Assembly: GCA_937776645.1 (NCBI GenBank)
Contig: CALMRI010000010.1
Location: forward strand, 4,226-68,225
Length of the DNA stretch: 64,000 nucleotides
Reading direction: 5' to 3'
Source: an uncultured Alphaproteobacteria bacterium
Lineage (GTDB): Bacteria; Pseudomonadota; Alphaproteobacteria; Thalassobaculales; Thalassobaculaceae
Shown here one piece after another: positions 40,367 through 51,295 of this stretch; within the stretch, counting starts at the first letter, position 1, and each line of letters begins with the position of its first letter. The notes beneath the pieces were generated by a model that was given only the letters and a program-made list of their open reading frames with translations, had not been told where the DNA came from and made no database searches. The position numbers and the translations under genes were made by a program.

Positions 40367-42094
40367 CTACCCCTTCACCAGCTTCTCGACATCGGTCACG
40401 CCATAGATCTCTCGTGCGGCCTCCCCAGTAACGTAACCGTCGAGCAGGTCCTCGCGAAGCTTGGCCGGGTCTCGTCCCTTCGGATCGCCATAACCGCCGG
40501 AGCCGGGCACTTGAAGGTGAATTTTGCCGCCATCGGGAACATCGAAACCACCCTTGCCGGGCGCGCCGTGTAATGTGCCAGCGGCGTCTTCGGTCCAGAT
40601 CCGCGCCGCCATGCCTGACAGGCCGCCCCGCAGGCCGAACGGCGGTGACTTGGTGCGCTCCAAGCACGAAGAGGCGCGCGCCTTGTGGCCGAGCACGGTC
40701 CAGGTGCGATGCGCCGCAAGGCCGCCGCGATAGGTGCCGGCGCCGCCGCTATCGGGGGTCAACGCATATTCATCGACCCGCACCGGGAAGCTCAACTCCA
40801 GCACCTCGATCGGGGTATTCATGGTGTTGGAGATGCCGCTGGCCACGGCATTGATGCCGTCCTTCACCGGTCGGGCGCCAAAACCGCCCTTGATGGTTTC
40901 ATAGGAGACATAACGTTGACCATTGCGCGGGTCCTTGCCGCCGAAGGTGATCACTGCCGAGGTCCCCTGACTGCAGGTCATCACATTGTCCGGCCAGAAT
41001 GTCGCCACGGCGCCGAAGGTCATGTCACAGACCCGGTGCGATATTTCGTGATTGGCATAGACCACGGGCGAGGGAAATTCCGCGTTCAGGACACAGCCCT
41101 TGGGCGCCGTCACCTTGATGGTCCGCCAGCAACCGGAATTTGGCGGCGCTAGCCCGTCGGGATCGACGATGGTCTTCAGCGCGGTGAACACGCCGGAGGC
41201 AGTCACCGAAAGCGGCGCGTTCATCGGTCCCGAGACCGCTCCATCGGTGCCGGTGAAATCAACCGCCAGGCTATCGCCCACCTTCTTCACCGTCATTCGA
41301 ATGGTAAACGGCTGATCCTCGGTATCGCCCTCTTCGATAATGCCGTCGCCGTCGCAAAAGTCCTCGAAGCTGGACTCGCCATCCGGTAGCCGGGCCAGCA
41401 GGGTGCGCATCATCCGCTCGGAATAATTCATCACCTCGGCCATGGCGTCGACCAGAGTATCGGTGCCGTATTTATCCGCCAATGCGCTGAGCCGCTGCGT
41501 CGCCCGGCGGTTGGCCGCTATCTGGGCGCCAAGGTCGCCTCGGCGTTCCTCCGGGGTGCGGACATTGGCGAAGATGATGGCGTCGACGTCTCGGTTGAGT
41601 ACGCCCTTGGCATAGAGCTTGATCGGCGGCAGGCGCAGGCCCTCGCCATAGATCTCGGTCACCGCCCCATAACTGCCGGGGGTGGCGCTACCGACATCCG
41701 GCCAATGCGCCCTGATGCCGGCGAAGCCGATCAGCTTGCCACCGTGAAACGCCGGGGTAACGACATTGACGTCCGGCAGATGGCTGCCGCCGAAATAAGG
41801 GTCGTTATGGATGAATACATCGCCATCCTCGAAGGTGTCGAAGGCCATTGCCACGGCTTTCACCGCATCCGGCATCGAGCCGAGATGGATCGGCAGATCC
41901 GGACCCTGCGCCACCATTTGCCCGGTGGCGTCGAAGATCCCGCAGGAATAGTCGCCAGCCACCTTCAGGATCGGCGAATAGGCGGTTTTGGCGAGGACGA
42001 TCTTCATCTCCTCGGCGGCGGCATAAAGGCTGTTCTTGATGACCACGAAGGTTGCGGGGTCGAAACCATGCACGCCTGAGTCAAGCGCTGTCAT
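40367..42094 (-). CDS. hyuB: hydantoinase B/oxoprolinase family protein
   Basis: 575 aa with FIHNDPYFGGSHLPD. The start overlaps the hyuA stop by 4 nt. Confidence 0.9.
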   Translation of the reverse strand: MTALDSGVHGFDPATFVVIKNSLYAAAEEMKIVLAKTAYSPILKVAGDYSCGIFDATGQMVAQGPDLPIHLGSMPDAVKAVAMAFDTFEDGDVFIHNDPYFGGSHLPDVNVVTPAFHGGKLIGFAGIRAHWPDVGSATPGSYGAVTEIYGEGLRLPPIKLYAKGVLNRDVDAIIFANVRTPEERRGDLGAQIAANRRATQRLSALADKYGTDTLVDAMAEVMNYSERMMRTLLARLPDGESSFEDFCDGDGIIEEGDTEDQPFTIRMTVKKVGDSLAVDFTGTDGAVSGPMNAPLSVTASGVFTALKTIVDPDGLAPPNSGCWRTIKVTAPKGCVLNAEFPSPVVYANHEISHRVCDMTFGAVATFWPDNVMTCSQGTSAVITFGGKDPRNGQRYVSYETIKGGFGARPVKDGINAVASGISNTMNTPIEVLELSFPVRVDEYALTPDSGGAGTYRGGLAAHRTWTVLGHKARASSCLERTKSPPFGLRGGLSGMAARIWTEDAAGTLHGAPGKGGFDVPDGGKIHLQVPGSGGYGDPKGRDPAKLREDLLDGYVTGEAAREIYGVTDVEKLVKG

Positions 42095-44202
42095 GACGCA
42101 TCTCCCTTGGTTGTGGCCGCTTGGGCGGCTCTGGTCAGCAGGATAAAACCACGCTCATCCATCCGCGCCGTCCAGGCCGGCGGCACGACGATGGTGGAAT
42201 CAAGGGATTCAATGATCGCCGGTCCCCGAAGCGTATCGCCGGGCGCCATTCGGTCGCGCTCATGCACGGCGGTATCGATACGCCCGGTATCGGCAAACCA
42301 AACCAGCCGCCGGGCTTTCTCGCTGCCGCTGCCGGCGCGGGCCGATATCTTTTGCGCCAGGGTCAGTCCAGGAAGTCTGGCTGCCGCCGAAAGACGCAGG
42401 GTTACGATCTGCACCCGCTCGGCTCGGTTGGCATGGCCATAGGTCAACTCGTGCTTGTCGTGATAGCCATTGGCAAGCATCGAAAGCGCCGCAGTGTCGA
42501 TGCGGGCGGGCGCGGTGACGTTCAACTCGTAGGCTTGGCGGATGTAACGAAGGTCGGCTGTGCGTTCGAGCACCCAATCGGCTTCGTCGATCCCGGTGCG
42601 GGCCAGCATTCGCCGAGCCTCGACCTCCAGATCCCGATAGACCGCTTCCAGCGCCGCCGGATCGGCCTCGTCCAGCACCGCAAAAAAGGTGCGGCCATAA
42701 TCGCGGCGAATATCGGAGCCGACCAGTCCCAGCGCCGAGAACGCCCCAGGGATCGGCGGCACCACCACCTCGTTAATCTCCAGTTCCTCGGCCAGCGCCA
42801 CCGCGTGCAACGGGCCGGCGCCGCCAAAGCAGATTAGCGAGAATTCGCGGGCGTCATGGCCCCGCTCCACCGAAACGATACGAAGCGCTTCGGCCATCGC
42901 ATTGTTCACGACCTGAATCACCGAAGCGGCGGCCTGTTCGACCGAAATGCCCAGCGGATCAGCAACCTTCTCCTTGATCGCGGTCTCGGCGCGGCCATAG
43001 TCGATCGGTAACTCGCCGCCCAGCAGCGACGTGGCGTCCAGCCGGCCAAGCAGCAGATTGGCGTCGGTTACCGCCGGCTCGGTTCCACCCTGGCCATAGC
43101 AGACCGGTCCGGGCGTAGCGCCGGCGCTTTGCGGTCCAACTCGAAGCGAGCCCGCCGGGTCGACCCAGGCGATGCTGCCGCCGCCAGCGCTGACTTCGGC
43201 CAGATCGACGACCGGCACCCGGATAGGATGGCCTGTGCCATGCAGCCAGCGGCTGGCGCTGCCTTCGCCGCCCACTTCGTATTCCGGTGTCGTTTCAACC
43301 TTGCCATCGCGGATCAGGCTGGCCTTGGCCGTGGTCCCGCCCATATCGAAAGAGATCAGGTTAGGGCGTCCGGTCTGCTGGCCGGCCAAGGCAGCCGCGA
43401 TCACCCCGGCCGCCGGTCCGGACTCTGCCGCCATAGCCGGCATGCGCAAACTTTCCTCAATCTCGAACACCCCGCCGCCGGAGCCCATGACATAGGGCGC
43501 CGGCAATCCCATGCCCTCGACCGCCCCCTTGAGGCGCGCCAGATAGGATTCGAGGATCGGCGCCACATAAGCGCAAACCGCCGTGGTGCTGGTCCGCTCG
43601 AACTCACGGATTTCCGGCAACACTTCGGAAGACAGAAAGACCGGAATGCCCGGCAACGCAGCGCGCAACCGTTCGCCAAGACGACGCTCATGGTCATCGT
43701 TCAGGAACGAGAACAACAGCGAGACCGCCACCGCCTCGACCTCGGCGGCCTTCAGATCGGCGATCAACCCATCGATCTCGGCCTCGTCGAGCGGGATCAC
43801 CACCTTGCCATCGGCGCCGATTCTCTCGGTCACCTCCATGCGGTAGCGGCGCGGGACCAGCACCGAGGGCGGATCCTGGAACAGATCATAAAGATCCGCC
43901 CGGGCTGAGCGCCGCAGCTCCAGGATGTCGCGGAACCCGCGGGTTGCAATCAAGCCGACCCGCGCGCCCTTCTGCTGCAGGATCGCGTTGGTAACAACGG
44001 TGGTCGCGTGGGCCAGCAAGGTGACCGCGTCCGGCTTGATGCCATAACGGGAGATCGCCTGTTCCAGCGCCTCGATCACGCCGCGTCCAAAATCCGCCGG
44101 CGTTGAGGAGACTTTGGTCACGCCGATGGAGCCGTCAGCTTCATTAACCACGGCGACATCGGTAAATGTTCCCCCTATATCAACTCCAATGCGCCAGGTC
44201 AT
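42091..44202 (-). CDS. hyuA: hydantoinase A/oxoprolinase family protein
   Basis: 703 aa with WRIGVDIGGTFTDVAV and FDMGGTTAK (ASKHA-type ATPase motifs). Confidence 0.9.
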   Translation of the reverse strand: MTWRIGVDIGGTFTDVAVVNEADGSIGVTKVSSTPADFGRGVIEALEQAISRYGIKPDAVTLLAHATTVVTNAILQQKGARVGLIATRGFRDILELRRSARADLYDLFQDPPSVLVPRRYRMEVTERIGADGKVVIPLDEAEIDGLIADLKAAEVEAVAVSLLFSFLNDDHERRLGERLRAALPGIPVFLSSEVLPEIREFERTSTTAVCAYVAPILESYLARLKGAVEGMGLPAPYVMGSGGGVFEIEESLRMPAMAAESGPAAGVIAAALAGQQTGRPNLISFDMGGTTAKASLIRDGKVETTPEYEVGGEGSASRWLHGTGHPIRVPVVDLAEVSAGGGSIAWVDPAGSLRVGPQSAGATPGPVCYGQGGTEPAVTDANLLLGRLDATSLLGGELPIDYGRAETAIKEKVADPLGISVEQAAASVIQVVNNAMAEALRIVSVERGHDAREFSLICFGGAGPLHAVALAEELEINEVVVPPIPGAFSALGLVGSDIRRDYGRTFFAVLDEADPAALEAVYRDLEVEARRMLARTGIDEADWVLERTADLRYIRQAYELNVTAPARIDTAALSMLANGYHDKHELTYGHANRAERVQIVTLRLSAAARLPGLTLAQKISARAGSGSEKARRLVWFADTGRIDTAVHERDRMAPGDTLRGPAIIESLDSTIVVPPAWTARMDERGFILLTRAAQAATTKGDAS

Positions 44203-44285
44203 AAGCTCTATTCCTCGTTGCTTGTATCGTGACGACTCTAGCGGTGCGCCAAAGCCGTCGGTCCATCTTACGCCGCCGCAGCGCC

Positions 44286-44681
44286 TTAAGAGCCTTCGTC
44301 CATCGGTAGCAATCCCTTTTCAGTCAGCACCCGTTCCGCCACCTTGATCGAATCCAAGGTCGCTGGGATACCGCAATAGGGCACCGTGTGCATCAGGGTT
44401 TCGCGAATTTCCTCAACCGTACAACCATTATTGACGGCGCTGGTGATATGTATTTCCAACTCATGCGGTCGGTTCAGCGCGGTCAGCATGGCCAGACAAA
44501 GCATGCTGCGGAATTTTGGCTCAAGCCCTTCGCGACTCCAGATCATCCCGAAGGCGGCGGTCTCGGAAAACTCCCTGAGCGGCGCGTTGAAGGCATTCGT
44601 TGAATCGTCCCGGCGCTGCAAATAATCGTCACCAAGCGTTTTAGCTAATAGCTTGCGTCCGTTTTCCCGTACCGATGACAT
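44286..44681 (-). CDS. carboxymuconolactone decarboxylase (CMD) family protein
   Basis: LEPKFRSMLCLAMLTALNRPHELEIHITSAVNNGCTVEEIRETLMH. GGGAG sits 7 nt upstream of the ATG at 44681. Confidence 0.75.
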   Translation of the reverse strand: MSSVRENGRKLLAKTLGDDYLQRRDDSTNAFNAPLREFSETAAFGMIWSREGLEPKFRSMLCLAMLTALNRPHELEIHITSAVNNGCTVEEIRETLMHTVPYCGIPATLDSIKVAERVLTEKGLLPMDEGS

Positions 44682-44933
44682 CGCCATTCTCCCGATTTTC
44701 ATAATCCATCCATATCTTCCATGCATCTTGAAGCCCCGCGAACGCTGGGTCGACATCGCGATCACCTTGATGGTGCGGCAGCGGGCCGATATCAGATCTC
44801 TGAATGGAGGCACGGCCCGTCAGCCGCTGATCAATGTCGCTTGTGGACCAGACAACCCGAGCTGGCCAGACTAGTGTCGCCATCCGTCACAGATGCGCCG
44901 CGCGTTCGTGTCGCTTTTACTCCGGAGCACCAG

Positions 44934-45903
44934 ATGATCCCCACGGCGCCGACCCCGAACAATCTCGGCGGCATATATACGATCCTCGTCGGCATGGTGG
45001 TGATCACCTTGCAGGACAGCGCAATCAAATGGATGAGCCCGGATTATGCGCTCCATCAAATCATGCTCTCGCGCGCGATACTGGCGCTTTTTATCAGCTT
45101 CGGGCTGATGCGCTATGAAGGCGGCTTCCATCTGTTCCGCACGAAATTTCTCGGCTGGCATTTGGCTCGTGGCATGCTCATTGTTATCGCCAACATGACC
45201 TTTTTCCTCGCCGTCGCCGCCATGCCGTTGGCCGAGGCGGGTAGCGATCTTTTTCGTGGCGCCGCTGTTCATCACTGTGATGTCGATACCGATCCTGGGA
45301 GAAAAAGTCGGGCCACGGCGTTTGGCGGCGGTGCTGGTTGGTCTCGTCGGCGTCATAGTGGTGATGCGGCCGGGGCAGGGGGTTTTTCAGTGGGTGGCGT
45401 TACTGCCCGTGGTGGCCGCGCTCAGCTATGCCTCGATGCAAATGCTGACCCGCAAGCTTGGGGCGACGGACCGAGCCTCGACTATGGCCTTCTACATTCA
45501 AGTCACCTTCATCACGGTCAGTCTGGCCATCGGGTTAGGGATTGGTGACGGTCGGTTCGCGGGCACCGATAATTCCAGCCTCGATTTTCTCCTCCGGGCC
45601 TGGCGGGTGCCTGAAGCCAAGGACATTTGGCTGTTTGTCTGGTGCGGGATTTCCAGCGGCTTTGGCGGTTATTTGCTCGGTCAGGCCTATCGGCTCGGCG
45701 AGGCGGCGATCGTCGCGCCGTTCGAGTATGTCGCCCTGCCATTGGCCGTCGCCTGGGGCTACTTGGTTTGGGGGGATTTACCCGACCGCACCGCTTTTGC
45801 CGGCATGGCGCTGATCCTGGGATCGGGGCTCTACGTCCTGTATCGCGAGAATGTCCGCGGCCGCCCGAGGGTGTCGGAAAGGCCGATGCCGAGGAACCGT
45901 TAA
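44934..45903 (+). pseudogene. EamA/DMT-family transporter, frameshifted
   Basis: The N-terminal half (MIPTAPTP...FFLAVAAMPLAEA) and the C-terminal half (VAIFFVAPLFITVMSIPILGEK...) are in different frames. The junction is at about 45238-45243. Confidence 0.75.
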
Positions 45904-45914
45904 GGCGCGCCGCA

Positions 45915-46379
45915 TCACCCGTCCTTAAGCTTAACCGTCATCTCCACCTCGACCGCGACGTTGGAGGGTAACGAACTCATGCCTACCGCTGATAGCGCCC
46001 CTCTACCGACATCGCCGAAAACCTCAATCATCAGGTCGGAAAAACCGTTGATGACCTTGGGATGCTGAGTAAAGCCAGGCGCTGCATTGGCCATGCCGAA
46101 GGTCCGCACTATTTGTTTTACCCGGTCAAGCGAGCTGATCGTATCGCGCAGGGCCGCAAGCGCGTAAAGGCCGACATTGCGCGCCGCCGCCACCGCTTCC
46201 TCGGCCGAGCGATCCCCGGGCACCTGCCCGGACAGTGGCTTGCCGTCCGGATTGCGCGGCCCTTGACCCGAGAGATAGGCAACGCCGTCGAGGATCACTA
46301 CCTTGGCGTAGGGTCCGACCGGTGCCTAGGAGGCCGGCAAAGCAATTCCTAGATCCGTCAAGTTTTGCTCGGCGCCCAT
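45915..46379 (-). pseudogene. RidA/YjgF-family protein with an in-frame amber codon at codon 18
   Basis: Minus strand reads MGAEQNLTDLGIALPAS-TAG-APVGPYAKVVILDGVAYLSGQGP.... The TAG is at 46326-46328. The listed ORF only restarts at GTG 46298. Confidence 0.7.
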
Positions 46380-46429
46380 GGCCCATAGCTTTCTGTTATT
46401 TGCCCTTGGGCGACGCGTGGCGACCAAGC

Positions 46430-47125
46430 TTACCCCGCGATATTAAGGATATCGTCGAAACGATCAACCTGGAAATCGGCGGGAATTTCTGCCAGGGGGG
46501 CGCGGGCATAGCCATAGGGCACCAGGACGAAGCGCACCTTTGCCGCGCGCGCGGTTTCGGCGTCGTGTTCGTTGTCGCCGACCATGATCGCGTTATCCGG
46601 TGCGACGTCCATTTCCGCTAAAACGCCGAGCAGGTGGCCCGGATCGGGTTTGCGCACGGGGTATCGATCGCCGCCGCCGACGCATTCGAAGAACCCGGCG
46701 AGGTCCAGGTCACGCAGCAGGTTCTCGCTGGCGACTTGAGGTTTGTTTGTACACAGACCAAGCCGATGGCCGCGGACTTTGAGGATTTTCAAAGTCTCGA
46801 CGACTCCTGAATAGGGGCGGGTCAGAACTGCGGCATTTTTCTCATAATCGCCAAGGAAATCGGTGACGGCGGCGGCAAGCGGATTGCCGCTTAGCGGTGG
46901 GCCGCTCGCTTCGAAGGTCCGCTCAACGAAGCGAGGCACCCCGTCGCCGATGAACAGGCGGGTTTGGACGAGGCTAATCGGCGGTCGGCCATCCCTGGCC
47001 AGGGTGCGGTTGGCGGCGGCGTGCATGTCGGGTGCGCTGTCGACCAGGGTGCCGTCGAGATCGAAGATAATGCTATCCAAGGCGGCGGTAACCGGGGTGG
47101 CGGTATCCGAAGCGGGTGTTTTCAT
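46430..47125 (-). CDS. gph: phosphoglycolate phosphatase-like HAD hydrolase
   Basis: IIFDLDGTLVDSAPDM, CTNKP and MVGDNEHD motifs. Confidence 0.8.
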   Translation of the reverse strand: MKTPASDTATPVTAALDSIIFDLDGTLVDSAPDMHAAANRTLARDGRPPISLVQTRLFIGDGVPRFVERTFEASGPPLSGNPLAAAVTDFLGDYEKNAAVLTRPYSGVVETLKILKVRGHRLGLCTNKPQVASENLLRDLDLAGFFECVGGGDRYPVRKPDPGHLLGVLAEMDVAPDNAIMVGDNEHDAETARAAKVRFVLVPYGYARAPLAEIPADFQVDRFDDILNIAG

Positions 47126-47230
47126 CGACTGACGGCCACCTTGGGACGCCTGATTGTCGGCTCGGATACGGTGACTTTATCGAGGATCATAGGGTCGTTC
47201 CTGGTTCAGTTCCGCGGGAAGCTAGCCTGA

Positions 47231-47248
47231 GGTGACAGGCCTGTCACC
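47231..47248. promoter_or_regulatory. perfect 18-bp palindrome in the gph-glmU divergent region (candidate operator)
   Basis: GGTGACAGGCCTGTCACC lies about 95 nt upstream of the glmU ATG. A related half-site, TCTGTCACA, occurs about 70 nt downstream. Confidence 0.3.
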
Positions 47249-47342
47249 TTTGGTAGCAAATGTTTATTTCAGCGCCGTGCGTGGCTGTGGCATGTTCTGC
47301 ATGGCTCTATTTTTCTGTCACAATGGATCGACGACCCACCCG

Positions 47343-48689
47343 ATGCCTCATCCAATAGCCGTGATAATCCTTGCTGCTGGCAAGGGAACCCGCATGCAAT
47401 CAGATCTGCCAAAGGTGCTGCATCTGATCGCCGGAAAACCGATGATCAGCCACGTCCTGGCGGCGCTGGAACCGTTGCGCCCGGAGCGGAGTGTGGTGGT
47501 TATCTCGCCAGGTCAAGACGCCGTGATGGCGGCAGTAGCGCCCGCGACCATCGCCGTTCAGCATGAAGCACGGGGCACCGGTGACGCGGCCAGCGCAGCG
47601 TTGGACGCTCTTTCGGGGTTCGCCGGCACCGTGTTGGTGGCGTTCGGTGCCGATCCGATGATCACCACGGGGACGCTGCGGCGTATGGCTGAGGCCCGTG
47701 ATCGGATCGATCCGCCGGATGTGGTGGTGCTGGGGTTTCAGACCGACGATGCTGGTCGATACGGTCGCCTGGTGCAGGACGCCGAAGGTCGCTTGGAGCG
47801 TATCATCGAGGTTTCCGAGGCCCACACGATCGACCGACCGGTCCGGCTCTACAATGCCGGCGTCATGGCTATTGATGGGGCTAAGCTGGCCGGGCTATTG
47901 GGCGGCCTGGATACCGGTAATGCCAAGGGCGAATACTATCTCACCGACATCGTTGCTATCGCGCGGGCGCAGGGCGGTCACGTCGCCGTCGTCGAGGCGC
48001 CGCAGATCGAGACCCTAGGCGTTGATTCGCGCGGCGATCTGGCGCGCGGCGAAGCGCTGATGCAACAACGTTTACGGACTGCTGTCATGGAATCTGGCGT
48101 GACCATGGTAGCGCCGGAGACGGTGTTCTTGTCGTATGATACGGTGATTGGGCGTGATTCAATTTTGCACCCGAACATCACCATCGGCCCCAAGGTCACC
48201 ATTGGCGAGCGTGTGGTGATCAAGAGTTTCTGTCACCTTGAGGACGCCACGGTCGCCGACGGCGCGATTATCGGACCCTATGCACGTCTCAGGCCGGGCG
48301 CCGAGATCGGCGAGGGCGCCCATGTCGGCAATTTCGTCGAGATCAAGGCGGCGAGCATCGGCGCCGGCGCCAAGGCCAATCACCTCTCTTATATTGGCGA
48401 TGCCAGTGTCGGTCCCGGGGCGAATATCGGCGCTGGAACCATCACCTGCAACCATGACGGCATTTCCAAGCACCGGACCGAGATTGGCGCCGGCGCGTTC
48501 ATCGGCTCCAACACGGCGCTGGTGGCACCGATCAGCATCGGCGCCGGCGCTATTGTGGGCGCCGGCAGCACGGTCACCCAATCGGTCGAGGCCGACGCGC
48601 TGGTTGTGGTGCGCGGTGTCGCTAAACTAGTCCCCAACGGTGCCACCCGGTTTCGCTCCAAGCGTCCACGCGACAACAAAAAAGGTTAA
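47343..48689 (+). CDS. glmU: bifunctional UDP-N-acetylglucosamine pyrophosphorylase / glucosamine-1-phosphate N-acetyltransferase
   Basis: AVIILAAGKGTRMQSDLPKVLH plus C-terminal hexapeptide repeats. Confidence 0.92.
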   Translation: MPHPIAVIILAAGKGTRMQSDLPKVLHLIAGKPMISHVLAALEPLRPERSVVVISPGQDAVMAAVAPATIAVQHEARGTGDAASAALDALSGFAGTVLVAFGADPMITTGTLRRMAEARDRIDPPDVVVLGFQTDDAGRYGRLVQDAEGRLERIIEVSEAHTIDRPVRLYNAGVMAIDGAKLAGLLGGLDTGNAKGEYYLTDIVAIARAQGGHVAVVEAPQIETLGVDSRGDLARGEALMQQRLRTAVMESGVTMVAPETVFLSYDTVIGRDSILHPNITIGPKVTIGERVVIKSFCHLEDATVADGAIIGPYARLRPGAEIGEGAHVGNFVEIKAASIGAGAKANHLSYIGDASVGPGANIGAGTITCNHDGISKHRTEIGAGAFIGSNTALVAPISIGAGAIVGAGSTVTQSVEADALVVVRGVAKLVPNGATRFRSKRPRDNKKG

Positions 48690-48692
48690 GTC

Positions 48693-50516
48693 ATGTGCGG
48701 CATCGTCGGAATACTCGGCAAGACCCAGGTCGCGCGCTCGATGGTCGATGCGCTGAAGCGTCTGGAGTATCGCGGCTATGATTCCGCCGGGGTGGCGACG
48801 ATCAGCGACGGCGTCCTGGCCCGGCGCCGGGCCGAGGGCAAGCTGTTCAATCTGGAAAAGGATCTCGATGACGATCCGCTGGCCGGAGAAATCGGGATAG
48901 GCCATACCCGCTGGGCGACCCATGGCCGGCCGACGCTTAACAACGCCCACCCGCATACCGCCGGCCGAGTCGCTGTGGTGCATAACGGTATCATCGAGAA
49001 CCATCAGGAAATTCGTGACGAGTTGCTGGCCCTGGGCGCGGTGATTGAAAGCGACACCGATACCGAAGTGGTCGCTCATCTGCTGGAACGACATCTCCAG
49101 GACGGGCTTGGCCCGGAAGCGGCAATGCGGGCGGTCGTCGAGCGGATCACCGGCGCCTACGCCTTCGTGGTCATGGTCGCCGGCTATCCGGACATGTTGC
49201 TGGCGGCGCGGCGGTCGTCGCCGCTGGCGATCGGCTATGGCGAGGGCGAGATGTTCGTCGGCTCCGACGCGCTGGCGCTTGCGCCGCTGACCCGCCGCAT
49301 CGCCTATCTGGAAGATGGTGATTGGGCGGTTTTGCGCCGCGATGGGGTCGAGATCTTCGACGCCTCGGGCCAGTTAATGGAGCGCCGGGTGTCGTTGACC
49401 GAGGTGTCCGGCGCGCTAATAGGCAAGGGCAACCGGCGCCACTTCATGGAAAAGGAGATCTTCGAGCAGCCGGAGGTCGTTGGCTACACCCTGTTCCGTT
49501 ATTACGACCCGACCAGCGGTACCATGGCGCTGCCCGACTTCCCGTTTGATCCGGCGGCCCTGCCGAAGCTGACCATCGTGGCGGCCGGCACCAGCTATTA
49601 CGCCGGCATGGTGGCAAAATACTGGTTCGAGAGCCTGGCGTGTCTGTCGGTCGAGGTCGATATCGCCTCCGAGTTTCGCTATCGCAACACCGTGCTGCCC
49701 AAGGGTGGGGCGGCCTTGATGATCTCGCAATCCGGTGAGAGCTTGGACACCTTGATGGCGCTGCACCATGCCCGCGAACAAGGTCAGCATATCCTCGGTC
49801 TGGTCAACGTCCCTGAAAGCACCATCGAGCGTGAGGCCGATGTGGTCCTGCGGACCCTGGCAGGTCCGGAAATCTGTGTCGCCTCGACCAAGGCTTTCAC
49901 CACGCAACTGGTGACTCTAGCCTGTCTCGCGGTCGCTTGGGGTCGGGCACGCGGCACATTGGACGAGGCGCGGGCGTCCGAGATCATGGTGGCGCTGGCG
50001 CATCTACCAGCGAATATGGCCGAGGTATTGGCCGACGAGGGACGCTGGAATTCCTGCGCCCATGAGCTGGCCCAGTCCCGTGACGTCATCTATCTCGGTC
50101 GCGGCTCCAACTATCCGATCGCCCTGGAAGGGGCGCTGAAGCTGAAGGAACTCAGCTATATCCATGCCGAGGGCTATGCCGCCGGCGAGATGAAGCACGG
50201 ACCGATCGCGCTGCTTGAGGAAGGCGTCCCGGTGGTCATGGTCGCCCCGCATGACGAATGGTTCGAGAAAACCGCCTCGAACCTCAAGGAAGCCTTGGCG
50301 CGCGGCGCGCGCGTGGTGCTGCTCTCTGACAAGGAAGGCATCGCCAAACTAGGCGGCGAGGCCTCCTGGGCTTTCGAAATGCCCAGCGTCGACCCGGTGG
50401 TGGCCCCGCTGCTCTACACCTTGCCGGTACAGCTTTTGGCCTATCATACGGCGGTCGAAAAGGGCACGGATGTCGACCAGCCCCGCAATCTGGCGAAAAG
50501 CGTGACAGTCGAATAA
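48693..50516 (+). CDS. glmS: glutamine--fructose-6-phosphate aminotransferase
   Basis: MCGIVGILG N-terminal Cys nucleophile, SIS domains and C-terminal KSVTVE. Confidence 0.95.
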   Translation: MCGIVGILGKTQVARSMVDALKRLEYRGYDSAGVATISDGVLARRRAEGKLFNLEKDLDDDPLAGEIGIGHTRWATHGRPTLNNAHPHTAGRVAVVHNGIIENHQEIRDELLALGAVIESDTDTEVVAHLLERHLQDGLGPEAAMRAVVERITGAYAFVVMVAGYPDMLLAARRSSPLAIGYGEGEMFVGSDALALAPLTRRIAYLEDGDWAVLRRDGVEIFDASGQLMERRVSLTEVSGALIGKGNRRHFMEKEIFEQPEVVGYTLFRYYDPTSGTMALPDFPFDPAALPKLTIVAAGTSYYAGMVAKYWFESLACLSVEVDIASEFRYRNTVLPKGGAALMISQSGESLDTLMALHHAREQGQHILGLVNVPESTIEREADVVLRTLAGPEICVASTKAFTTQLVTLACLAVAWGRARGTLDEARASEIMVALAHLPANMAEVLADEGRWNSCAHELAQSRDVIYLGRGSNYPIALEGALKLKELSYIHAEGYAAGEMKHGPIALLEEGVPVVMVAPHDEWFEKTASNLKEALARGARVVLLSDKEGIAKLGGEASWAFEMPSVDPVVAPLLYTLPVQLLAYHTAVEKGTDVDQPRNLAKSVTVE

Positions 50517-50551
50517 AGTTCATTCCGGCTAAACTACCGAAGGGATGAGGC

Positions 50552-51295
50552 ATGACCAAGCACTCGGGATTGACGCTAGGTGCGATCGCGATGGTCACCG
50601 GCGCCACCAGCGGCATCGGCGCTGCGTTGACGGAGGCGCTGCTGGCGCGAGGCTGCAAAGTGATCGGCGCCGGCCGGAATGCTGCTCGGCTGGAAGCAAT
50701 GGTGGCGCGCCTGGGGGAGGCGTTCCATCCGCTCGTGCTCGACATCACCGACCCTGAGGCCACCGCACCGCTGCCCGATAGCTTGGCGTGACATTGCAAT
50801 CTTGGTCAATAATGCTGGCCATGATGGCGGCGGCCGCGAGCGCTTCGACGATTGCGAAACGGGCGCGTTGGCAAGCATCGTGGAGACAAATATCACCGGG
50901 ATGATCCGCGTCTCGAAAGCGATTATTCCCGGGGCGCTCGTGCGCGGCGGGGGCGATGTCGTCAATATCGGCTCGACCTCCGGCCATTTTGCGCTGGCCC
51001 ATGACGCTGCCTATGTCGCCAGCAAATTTTCGATCAATGGCCTGACGCGCGCGCTGCGGGCCGATTATGAGGGGATGGGTCTGCGCGTCATTGAAGTCGC
51101 GCCCGGCGTTACCGCACCGGATTTGCCAAGGTTCGCTATAATGGCGAGGCTACCCGCGCCGAAGAATTCTATGAGCGCTTCCCCGCGGTTTTGGAAGCCG
51201 ACGACGTTGCGCGAACGATTGTCTTCGCGCTGGAACAACCGCCCCACGTCACACTGGGCGAAATCCTCATGTTCCCTTCTCATGGTCGGAAATAG
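50552..51295 (+). pseudogene. YdfG-like SDR oxidoreductase with two frameshifts
   Basis: Frame 1 reads MVTGATSGIGAAL. Frame 2 starts near 50780 and reads WRDIAILVNNAG...YVASKFSINGL. Frame 3 starts near 51112 and reads RTGFAKVRYNGEATRAEEFYERF..LEADDVARTIVFALEQPPHVTLGEILMFP, ending at TAG 51293-51295. Confidence 0.75.
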
